A DNA stretch of 64,000 bases from Macrostomum hystrix. Taxonomy: Eukaryota; Animalia; Platyhelminthes. The stretch is taken from positions 14,322,001 to 14,386,000 of the forward strand of contig CATNEN010000001.1 of assembly GCA_950097015.1 (NCBI GenBank), in the 5' to 3' direction. The notes beneath the pieces are model-generated. The model worked only from the letters and a program-made list of their open reading frames with translations. It did not search any database and was not told the DNA's origin. Below, piece after piece: positions 1 through 10,427 of this stretch; within the stretch, counting starts at the first letter, position 1; each line of letters opens with the position of its first letter. Position numbers and translations under genes: made by a program.

Positions 1-903
1 GTTTGCAATAACTTCTAGACGAAACGTTTAACTCCCTTCTCTGCCGACATGTCTTGCAAAGAAATGTTATTAAAATACAGATTTTTCCAATACATTAAGT
101 CACTTTACTCACCGAAACTAAATTGCATGATTTATATTTTTCACTAAAAGTACACTATTCTGCTGATCAAAAAAATTATGCTTCTAGATTGAGTAACTAC
201 GCGCCGTTGGATGAGGCGTAATTTTCCTTATTTTATCTCTTTATAGATCTTTATTATAGTTTACCTGTAATTTGGTCTTACCTTCCAGTTTTACTTGTTA
301 TATGTAACTTTTTAATGGGTTTACATTTTCAATGTGTCTGTGGCATCAATCATACTTTGTCAAAGAATTACAACCATTTTTTCAAGTCACGCCTACTAAA
401 GCCAAGCTAGTAGTTTAGAGCAGCTATTTATTTGCCACACAGAACTTCTCTTAACTTAATTGCTTGTTTCTTATCGTCGAAGCTTTTTAGCGTTCATCCC
501 AAATATGCTACTCATAGTGGCATCGAGCCCAGTAAGACTGTAAAGAATAGACAGGGGCATTTGTTTCAGTGTCACGCAAACTATATTTTTATTTAAAAGG
601 TAATTATAGAGATAAAATAGTCTAAAAAAATAGTAAAACAATAAGATACATGCCTCAAACCCACATCATGTTTCTGCTTTTATTTGAACGAGTTGTTCAT
701 TGAATTATGTATCAGTAAGAAAATCTGGTAATGAACTTTCCACAGCTAACAGTTATCCATCGCATTTCTCTACAAAGGCTACTCAAAGTAGCATCAAAGT
801 GAGTTATTGTGATAAATTAGTTATCGACTAAAAGGTTTGTTAGATCAGAAGAGTGTTCGCAAACTGTCACTGTTTCTCTAAATTTATATCTTATTTGAAA
901 GTA

Positions 904-2485
904 TCAGTCGCACTGATCGAAGAGCTTCAACAGCTTCAAGATGACGAAGCCCTGGTTGCTGCCAGTGTTGCCTCCGCTAGTGGCTGTGCATCCGCTGCCC
1001 CCGCAAAATGATCCACCGCCGCCGCCTCCGTGGTCGCCAGCGATGCCGGCGCCACCGCCGCTGAAGCCTCCACCGGCTCCAGCTGCTGATTTCTTGCCCA
1101 AATAGGCACCCCCTCCTCCGCCCCCAAAGCCTCCGTCACCACCGCCACCGTCTCCGCCTTTGCCTCCCAGCCAGCCGTTCGCCAGACTGCCTCCTTCCTC
1201 ACCGTCCAAGGCGCTGCGCCTCGGATAGACAGCCTTGCCCAGCCAGCCAGCGCCGCAGCCGCCGTGATACTCTCCCGATAAAGTGACGTTTGGGTTGTTG
1301 AAGCCTGGCTGACCGTTTGCGCCCCCAAGGCCGCGATCCTTTATGTCAGCTGACACGGAGTCAGTTCCACTAACGCCTCCTGAACCTGCTGCACCTGGGA
1401 TGTCGAAAATGTTCACTCTGTGGTAGAAAACTGGATTCATTTTTAAAATAGAAATTACAATAGCCTACCTGTGCTTAGTGCCTGACCTCCGCCACCTCCA
1501 CCAGCAGCCAACAACAGCTGCGATTGTTGAGCCATAGTTGTGTACACAAAGCTGCCTCCACCGCCTCCTCCGCCGCAATCTTTCAAAGTGGCACCGCCAG
1601 ATTGTCCAACCACTACATTCAACAGAGAGCCAGTCGTCAAGCTGAAGTTTCCGGCTATGAGGGCGCCACGTCCGCTCGGCTTCGTTGTTCCGGGACTTCC
1701 GCTCGCTCCGCCCGCTTCGATCCGGTAGCAGCCAGTCAGGTAGATCTGCAGCTGTTGCACCGAGCCATTCCTGCCAGTGCTGCTGTCTGAAAATACACCA
1801 ATCGATAAGATTCCGGTTGAAATGTGGTGAAAAAGCTAATTCTGCCTTTTAAAAGTCTCTGGAAACGCACACAAGCTACTGATCTGATACGTAGTCGCAA
1901 AATTTTTCAAGAAAGACGGAGGCTTTATGGACAGGCTTGTGGTCGCTAAGTGGCCTATCTAGGGAATATATGATCTATGCTTAGGACCAATGAACCAGTG
2001 AAACAAAACAGCTTCAGATGGAAGGAGATACTAATGAACCATAGAATGCATATTGCAGGTGCTTTTGATCCTGTTTGATTACTCACTGAGAAAGTTCACG
2101 CTGATATTGGTGTCCGTGAGCAGTGAGTTGACGCTGATATTGGTGTCCGTGAGCAGTGAGTTGACGCTGATATTGGTGTTGGTGTCCGTGAGCAGTGAGT
2201 TGTCGGTTCTCCACGTCCTTGCTCCGGTCTCTGAGCCCAGGAGTCGCTGTTCATGGCTGCCTAGAGTTGAGTTCTGGTAGATGACAGCCATCTGACAGAG
2301 TCCACGGCTCTCGTGAGCCACCGCCACCGAGCAGCCAATGGAATGGCACCTCGTGACGCAGTCGATCTCGGAGCGGACACCGGTCTGGTTGAAAACGTCA
2401 CTGCGTACCGTGGCGTTGATGACTACCGCATCGTTGACCAAGTAAAATTCTCGATCTGGTAGATGCGTCACAGTAATGCAGCATG
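904..2485 (-). CDS. PAN/apple-like domain plus ALK/LTK-type glycine-rich domain protein, paralogue A (5' exon not located)
   Basis: Exons 2485-2087, 1786-1469 and 1394-904 join in frame across GT-AG introns. Exon 1 has a PAN-like Cys pattern (SEIDCVTRCHSIGCSVAVAHESRGLCQM). Later exons have YRIEAGGASG...GRGALIAGNFSL...VVVGQSGG...GGGGGGSFV...LLLAAGGGGG and GGFGGGGG/GGGGGSFC, typical of the glycine-rich domain of ALK/LTK and Gly_rich proteins. Confidence 0.75.
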
Positions 2486-3771
2486 CTGGAAAATGTATAT
2501 TGTTTAATTAGCTCTGAATTGTACGAGGGTAAAATACTAGATGCCGGGAGTTTAATCAGTAAATCTTATCAAAAAGCTGACTAAAAACGAGCCATTTTAA
2601 GTGGCTCATTGCTTGTCTAAACCGAAGAGCAAGGCGCCAAAAGCAGAAACGTTGGCCAAGCTGGATGCTAAGAACTTTCCAGCGTTTTTATGCGTCAACC
2701 TAGCAATTCTTAGACTCAAGTCAGTCTGTTTTCCTGCATGCCTTAGCTATTGAGTCTTGTCAGAGCAGATCATGCGTTTAGCTGCTTAAAACCCTTTTTG
2801 TCTAACGCCAAGTCAGTTAATGGTTTTTAGCAACCGCTCAACCAGAGCAAGTGCTAGCCATCCCTGCTTGACAATTCTCCTGGGGCCCTTGAGTTAGAGG
2901 AAGACTCAAGTAAGACCTTTGTCTGTTGATTCCAAGGCTATTAAAAAATCCTTTTCGGTGTCCTAATGATTTTGATTAAATTACAGATTTGCACATGTCT
3001 ATTTTATGTTCGGTTTAAAGCCAACTGGGTATATTGTCTTGTAGGGGTCCCATAGTGGTCAGTCAATATTTTCTTCGCAGTTTTACTGCTCGTTAGTATC
3101 ATACCTCTGCTGAACAATAGATTAAAAAAACTTCTCAAAGCTTTTTTACCTCAACTCTTCACAAAAAACCCAATGATAGACAGTATTTTTCCGCGTTATG
3201 TTGTCATGCGTCCCTAAGGCTTATTGAGCTGTCACAATATTCACTTTGACAACAAAAGCAGCAACTTGCTGGACGTCAATCGATGACAAAAATGTCTTTG
3301 CTGCTAGGAAAACTATGCATGAGTTAACTTCTCTTTGTTAGGCACAGGCGCCTAAACACTCTTAAAATTTCTGTATGCGTTGAGTCAATATCACTGTACT
3401 TAAAATCCAGTCCGGTATTTTCAAGCGAAATAAAAATTTTGTAGCCTAAGGTAGCCTAAGGACTGAAACAATGAACATCAATCTACCGTTATAATCCCGA
3501 CTTTGATATTAATGATTTAACGCATATATTAAATCCTACTTAGGTAAGTTTGTTTTATTTCGACCTTCAAATAAAGAAAAGCAATAAAATATAAAACCAA
3601 ATGAGCGTTACTTACTACTTATCATCCGATTTAGCGCAAACGCAAGAAAACTCTGTAGATTAGATTGAATAATTTGGACGGCAACACTTCTAAGAATTGT
3701 TCACAATGATATGTGGCTTACCAAAGATTAAATATAACAATATTAATGAATCAGAATCATCAGTATCAGTA

Positions 3772-3957
3772 TCAGGGCAGATGTACACACCTGTGTGAGC
3801 GTATGCCTGCGTACGGTATCTGTGTGCGTGTGTGCTCAGGAGTCAGCGAAATGGGTAGAATTGCCTCCTCGCTGGCTGCGGGTCTAGTGTCACCAAATGA
3901 TGTGCCATTGCCCGCAGCCCTCAGGTAAATTATTATTATTATTATTATTATTATTAT
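3772..3957 (+). mobile_element. 5'-truncated copy of tRNA-derived SINE family 1, ending in an (ATT)n tail
   Basis: Closely matches 12183-12340 (cagggcagatgtacaca...gtgtgctcaggagtcagcgaaatggg...ccattgcccgcagccctc), followed by attattatt. Confidence 0.8.
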
Positions 3958-4145
3958 CAGTATCAATAAAGCTACAATAACAAAAACAAATATTTGATAT
4001 ACATATATAATAAAAATAGATTATAATATACCAAGTGTATCATTGGTCTTGAATTTTCAGATTAGCAAAATACGCCTACACTCAACAATGCACGCATTTA
4101 TTGTTTAAGCGTATGAAAAAAAATTTGGTATTACACTTTAATTGA

Positions 4146-5405
4146 TCATGGTCTCGACAACAACTTACAGGTGAACATAGGTAAAATAGATGAAATGTGC
4201 TGGGAGGCATGCATGCTCATGTGGTTGTAGCTCAAGTGCAGGTATTTATGCAAGGTGTATGAGCTTTTAGGCACCTTTTTTGTTTGAAAGATGGAGAAGT
4301 TCAATGTCTGGCAATGTCTCCTTTGCAGATGAGACAGCCTTTGGGGCAGCGCACATTTTCTTTTCACATTGCCTGGAACGTAGGCCATGTCCCACATTGG
4401 TAGGAAGGCATCCGCCTCAGCCAGCATGTTGCTACACCAGTGCTGTGGTCGCTCGCTCGGCGCCAGTGCAATGTACTTTTCATAGAAAGTCTGCAGCATG
4501 ACAGGTCCTGTCACATATACGGCCTCGTAAGCACTCCTTTTAGTCCGGGCTGCCCAGTTCTGTTCAAACCAGGATGGCCAGTGTCGCAATACGAAGTTCA
4601 GGAAGCTGTGGTTTGCTCGACTCATCATCACGGCATTCGAAATCAGTGTCAACCGGTTGAACGGGAACAGAGCATGCTCTAGGAGCTCCTGGCTCCACAC
4701 GGCAGACTGGCAGGAGAAGTTGGCGGAGAGCCCGGCGCCCTGCACCTGCGATGGTCGCAGCAACAACGAAGGGTCACGCAGCAGCAGCGTATCTGTATCT
4801 ACGTACAGGCCGCCAATGTGATGTAAGACGATTAGGCGTCCAATGTCGGACCTCTCCAGACCGTTGACTAATTTTCTGTAGCTCGGAGTTAGATTTGGGT
4901 AGTGTTTTGCGACAAGCTCATTTATCTGAACGTCGTCCCAGTGCATGAAGCGCCACTTGTTGAAACCGCTGTGTTCAAAACTATTATCTGCTCTAGACTG
5001 GCTTGAATAGGAACCTGCGGATTCAGTAGGAATATACTGGTAAATCAGCTTCTTTAACTCGGTATAGAGCTGCAGATAACAAAAAATCTCCCCTATCTGA
5101 ATACCTATTAGCGTATCGCTGATGTTGACATTGAGCAACAGACGAAATGAGCGGACAAATGGTATGAGCTGGGAATGGATAAAACCGTTTTTGCTAGTCC
5201 AGTGCACGAGCGGAGGTATGTAGTTTATCTGTTCCAATAGTCTTCTCAACTCCGAGCATGGCATTTCGCTGCTCAAGTTGAATGGCGAAAGTTTGGTCAC
5301 CATTGGAGCAAAATTCCGATTCGTTCTAGAATTGAGCTGGAGAACGTGCAGAAGCAGATAGACAAGCGACGGGAAAGCTACCGTTAGAAATAGCTTTAGA
5401 TTCAC
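4146..5405 (-). CDS. DXD-motif glycosyltransferase, GT32-like (alpha-1,4-glycosyltransferase/Och1/SUR1-like), type II membrane
   Basis: N-terminal hydrophobic anchor, IPPLVHWT, W-D-D, ERSDIGRLIVLHHIGGLYVDTD (DXD), NAVMMS...HSFL and TGP motifs. The ORF opens on GTG just after a likely acceptor (tttatatcgacag), so the true start is probably upstream. Possible in-frame 90-nt intron at 5104-5015. Confidence 0.8.
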   Translation of the reverse strand: MNLKLFLTVAFPSLVYLLLHVLQLNSRTNRNFAPMVTKLSPFNLSSEMPCSELRRLLEQINYIPPLVHWTSKNGFIHSQLIPFVRSFRLLLNVNISDTLIGIQIGEIFCYLQLYTELKKLIYQYIPTESAGSYSSQSRADNSFEHSGFNKWRFMHWDDVQINELVAKHYPNLTPSYRKLVNGLERSDIGRLIVLHHIGGLYVDTDTLLLRDPSLLLRPSQVQGAGLSANFSCQSAVWSQELLEHALFPFNRLTLISNAVMMSRANHSFLNFVLRHWPSWFEQNWAARTKRSAYEAVYVTGPVMLQTFYEKYIALAPSERPQHWCSNMLAEADAFLPMWDMAYVPGNVKRKCALPQRLSHLQRRHCQTLNFSIFQTKKVPKSSYTLHKYLHLSYNHMSMHASQHISSILPMFTCKLLSRP

Positions 5406-5829
5406 GCCTGTCGATATAAAGCAAATTTATGAGAATAAATTTCCACATACTTTTTCAGGCAGTTGTACACAGTGCATGAGTATGTGGCTGCGCACGGTAT
5501 GTGTGTGCGTGTCTAAGAGTCAGCGCAACGGACAGAATTGCCTCTCCCTGACTGTGGGTCTACTGTCACCACATGGTTTACCTGTAGTACTTGCAGCCGT
5601 ACTTGCAGTAATACCGTAGTAAAAATATTAATCTGCTTGCTTACAAAAATGCAATAGGTTTTTTAATAGCTTGGTTTACTATTTTGAACACTGAGAATAA
5701 CTCACCCTTTGGGTAGCTGCAACTTTCGATCAGTAAAGCACGGACTCTCATGCTGAGCAGAACTTGGCTATGACACTATAAGAGAGAAAAATTATCCTGG
5801 TGCGAGAATTGGGGATGGATTGGAGTTTG

Positions 5830-6000
5830 TGCTCTTACATGACAGAGAGCAGAGACAGATTGTTTGGCTCGGAAGCAGAGTGCTCACACCCGCAGAGGGA
5901 AATTATGCAAATATCGTACGAAGGGCGCTGGCTATCGTCGAAGGAGTTAAGTATTTCCACCAGTTTCTCGCCGGAATATTTACTATTCTATCAGACGCAG
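5830..6000 (+). pseudogene. Degenerate Ty3/gypsy pol fragment (RT-associated RNase H)
   Basis: GSRVLTPAEGNYANIVRRALAIVEGVKYFHQFLAG...TILSD matches the gypsy RNase H pattern SR.L...E.NY....E.LAIV..V..F..YL.G..F...TD. No LTRs or long ORF. Confidence 0.7.
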
Positions 6001-6598
6001 GCTGTCAAGAGTCAAGTCAAGAGTCAAGAGTATACACTGAATGGATCCAACCTCGACAACAAGTCAAACTACGAGTTACTCGTAGTTTTCATTCGAGTGG
6101 AACACAAGGAAGAGAGGGTTCTTTCAACTATTACTACCGCCGTCGGAACCAATACCTTTCGTGACGACAAGGGTGGGCTGGTACATCAATCGGATATTAT
6201 AACAAAGCTTCATGACGTGACTGACGGATCTGACTCAGATCATAATCTAAAACATGTTCCGGCCAGGTTTTAGAATTTTAGTTTGTAGGTATCAGGTTTT
6301 AGAAAAAGCTACCGACACCACGGCTAATTAACTACGGAAACGGCGCAAAAACCGAGGCGGAGTTCTCGCCAACGTCGACTGTTACTGACGGTCGACTGTT
6401 ACTGACGGTTTTCAGCATCGGTGGGGTGTTGCATATGCTGCATGCTATGCTGATTTAATTATAGACTTATTCTCTTCTATAAGTAGTCTATGTGCCATCG
6501 GGGCAATATGTTACTGTACACCTTGTTTGCTAGAATCTTCAATACCCTTAAAGTAAAAGGGTACCTGGCCTTCGCTTGAGCATGTGCTTCGTGCTCAT

Positions 6599-6881
6599 GC
6601 CATTTTGGAGCTGCTCAAAATACTTCTCCAATTCATAAACCCGTATTCGTATTCTCATCTGAATAGTAGAACTACCAAGGGGGCAATCCCCCGATAATTT
6701 TTTGTGCTGCCCCAGAACGGAGCAACGCAAGCAAATAAAAAACTTAATAACATGGGCCAACTTTTGTTGCACATCTTTTGAAGCAAGAATCAAGTCGCCG
6801 GCTCTTAAGACCGTTGAGATATTCAATGGTTCTGGCCGAAAGTCTGATTTTTCCCATAAGCTCTAGTGTATTTGATACACC
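6599..6881 (+). repeat. 283-bp direct repeat, copy 1 (apparent target-site duplication)
   Basis: gccattttggag...tttgatacacc, apparently identical to 7681-7963. Confidence 0.9.
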
Positions 6882-7680
6882 TCAAGGCCCTCAGCCGCTG
6901 CACCTCTCGCTCCAGAACCACCTTGGACTGCAACACCCAGTTAAACGGGTTGGCGCAGTCTAATAAGGTGGAGCTGATGTGGATCCCTGGGCATGCCGGG
7001 TTCACAGGGAATGAGATGGCGGACCAGCTTGCAAAGGCTGGAGCAGCCAGCTCCCTGATGGGCCCGGGCCCGGAATCCCCGATCCCCGCCTCTGTTGTCA
7101 ACTCCAGCATCAACCGCTGGATGGAGACCCAGCATCGGAGGAGGTGGTCCAGCACCCTGAACTGTCGCCAGTCCAGGGCTGCGGTGCCAACCCCCTCTAG
7201 TAACCTGCGTAAGGCCTTACTCAGGCTAAACCGCAGAGACCTGAGAGCAGTCACCATGGCCCTTTCGGGACATGGCTGCTTCACCAGACACCGCTACCTC
7301 CAAGGCCACGTGCCTGAGGAAACGTGTCCCTTCTGCTGCTCCGGACGTGAAAACGCCGAACATTTCATCTGCCACTGCCCGGCCTTCACCCGGGCTAGGC
7401 TAAAGCATCTCGGGCCGGCACCGACTCTTGCCGAGGCCTGCTCGCCCGAGAACATCCCACAGCTCGCCCACTTCCTCCGGGATACCGGCCGAGCTGATTT
7501 CTTCCCAGCCTATGGCGAGGAAGATCGAGCGGCGGAACCGACCGACGGACCACCCTGAGCGGCACCGCCTCGCTGGAGGCCGTCTGGCTGCCAGGGGTTA
7601 GCGATATGGGCGGCACCAGCCGCCTCCTCGCTGCGTCCGTCATGGAGGCCCCCTGCCGCTAAGTCAAGTAAGTAAGTCAG
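6882..7680 (+). mobile_element. 5'-truncated non-LTR retrotransposon (RNase H-bearing I/R1/LOA-like group)
   Basis: ORF to 7558 has the RNase H C-half ([21 protein letters not shown]) and a C-terminal CCHC knuckle ([18 protein letters not shown]). Short 3'UTR and (AAGT)n tail. GC-rich relative to its flanks. Confidence 0.88.
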
Positions 7681-7963
7681 GCCATTTTGGAGCTGCTCAA
7701 AATACTTCTCCAATTCATAAACCCGTATTCGTATTCTCATCTGAATAGTAGAACTACCAAGGGGGCAATCCCCCGATAATTTTTTGTGCTGCCCCAGAAC
7801 GGAGCAACGCAAGCAAATAAAAAACTTAATAACATGGGCCAACTTTTGTTGCACATCTTTTGAAGCAAGAATCAAGTCGCCGGCTCTTAAGACCGTTGAG
7901 ATATTCAATGGTTCTGGCCGAAAGTCTGATTTTTCCCATAAGCTCTAGTGTATTTGATACACC
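7681..7963 (+). repeat. 283-bp direct repeat, copy 2
   Basis: Starts directly after the aagtcaagtaagtaagtcag tail and matches 6599-6881. Confidence 0.9.
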
Positions 7964-10427
7964 CTTATACACACATAAGCACTGCGCCTCCGTGTGGCCT
8001 TGCCAGGCCTTCAAAATTTAGATCAGCACGCCACCCGAATGTGCCTCCATTATCTTTATCTTCGGTGGTCACATTCCTTTATCTTAGGAGGACTGCTGAA
8101 CCTTCAAGGACTACAACAGGTGGAAATAGGCCACTATGGACACCCTGACGCGAATTTCTCTAATTTAACTGCTCAAGCCAAATATTAGGCGCAGCTCAAC
8201 CACAGGACACCAGCGCCTAGTCTGTCAACCAATCAGTCACCACCCAACGCTGTTAGCATTCAGGCGCAGGCAGGGAATCCCCCCCTTGGTATAAAAACAG
8301 GCGGCAAAATGGCTTGATAGTCCTACTGTTAATGTATGCTATCACGTCAATCTATTGACGTTTTATCCCAAGGTATTTCGTGTCTTATCTCAAGTTATGC
8401 TCGGTATCGTCTTGAAATCGTCTTATTTAATCACAATGAATTCATTCGGTCATATCAATACATCATGCTATCCTGCACACAGCTCATATTGTACTCGTAC
8501 AGCTAATTTCGAACAACAATCATAGGCAATTCACTAAGTTTTAAGCAGCAGTAAAAATTTTCCTGCGGCAGTTTAACACCTGGCCTCACTGGGAAAAGGT
8601 GTAATTTGAATTCATGCGTCTAATTTACGCTTATCTCTGCTCTTTGTCAAAGCATTCTTATTCAAACATTCCAAAAAACACACTTACGGATATTTCTGAC
8701 TGAGTCGCAGGGACTATTGATTGCAGAGATACTTTGCGCTGAAAAGTTTCAGTGTGCGGGAGGGCTTCAGATGGACATGAGGTTGAGGTAATGCTAGTAT
8801 TTGTGGAAACCTATTTTCACGCCTTTCTGCAGTTTTTGCGCAGGGAGTGTTTTACAGTCAAAGCTTTGCTATCTCAGGTTGCAAGCAGAAATTTAAGTTT
8901 AAAATTTTTGTTTCCACATGGCTAAACTAAAATCTGGGATACTGCAAGGAGGGAGAACGGCAATCGCCTTAGCAACGAATAATCTTCCCGTCTCAAATCC
9001 AGGATGAAATTTTAATGTACGCCTAAACTTTTTTTGCACCCCCAACATGCGGTACAGCCATGCTGGGAAGAGAAAGGCCTGTAGGCATCATCAGGTGAGC
9101 GCATTGCAGTGCACTGAACACCTGACAACAGGCTGTGCTTCTGGGGTGGGGGATCGGGGAGAGAAGAAACAAGTACTGAGGGCATGGGTAGTGGCTCCTA
9201 CTCAGAGTTCTCCAGCTTTGAGAGGACAGCGGACTCAGTCCTCCTATTGTTTCTGAGCCACATCTAAGAGCCATTACTGAGCCACTTTAAAATAACTTAC
9301 GAGACTGCATTTCCTGTCCATTGTTTTAGTCAATTTAGATTAAGTGGTGCATAATCTAGGAAATAAAATTACTTCCCCGTCTGGCACCCAATTAAAACGT
9401 GATCCACAACACACCACTTAAGATGTTTCTCACTGGGTCGCTGGGACTGTTAATTGATAGCAAAGAGATACTTTGCGTTGAAAAGTTTCTGAGTCAGTTC
9501 ATTGTGCGGGAGGGCATCAATAAGCGATTAGTTTTCGGTTTATCAGCTGTTCGACCTTCTAAAAACTGCTTTGGATTACCCTTAGTGTAGTAGCATGCAA
9601 ACAAACATTTGACACCCTCTTGTTTGTGTAGTCTTAACATCCACCTCGCAAGATCTCATTCACTGACAGATATTTCGAATACAAGCGTGTTGGAGGAATG
9701 AAAAACAGCACATTGTTTTCACATTGACTGGCAAGGCCAACAGCTCTGACACTTCAAGGTGTCGGATGAAAAGGAATTAGAGTTATTGCTCCTGCAAAAT
9801 ATTGCCATTCTCCGTCCATTGTCTTTTGCGGTGCCGAGAGTTGAAGACCCACCATTGTTATAGCTACTTCTGTCACTTTTAGCCATGCGAGAAGTCGCGT
9901 GTTGGCGGTCATTATTACAGCAAAACCTGACAATGGCAGGACTAAGTGCCAGACCTAACCATTCATTGAGACTTTAAAGAGAAAAAATCTTGTTTAAAAG
10001 TTTTAGCCATCCCTAAAGCATCTTCTGATGTTTCGCCACAAGGGATTATTGATTCATTTCCACCTGCATACAATCGCTTCTCATTGCTTGAGGTTTGCCA
10101 TAAATACCATCTATCAGCAGGGAATGACGAAAACCTACCAGCTTTTTTACTGACTCAAAGCAAGCATCCGACTCTAGGCATGAGATTTTCGCGTGACGCC
10201 CTGCTTATGGTATGCGTAATCGGCGAAAGTAAGTAAAAAATTGAGTTTTTTCAATTTTTTCTATTTTTAACAGAAATTAAAATCAAATCTTCCACGAGAC
10301 TTCGAATGTAATAATAGCTGTTCTTGTGAGACTTCGTGTGGGATGAGGGCTGTTCTTATGATAATTCTAATGAATGAAACTCAAAAGTGGGCTAATAAAC
10401 TCAGGTAGTAATGCTACATTTTTCAGT

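Noticed and set aside
6599-7963. LTR retrotransposon or TRIM interpretation of the 283-bp direct repeats
   Set aside because: No TG...CA termini, PBS or PPT. The interior is a LINE 3' end with a simple-repeat tail.
8670-9520. Degenerate ~100-bp direct duplication (about 8675-8770 and 9410-9515)
   Set aside because: Old and diverged, with no termini or coding signal to classify.
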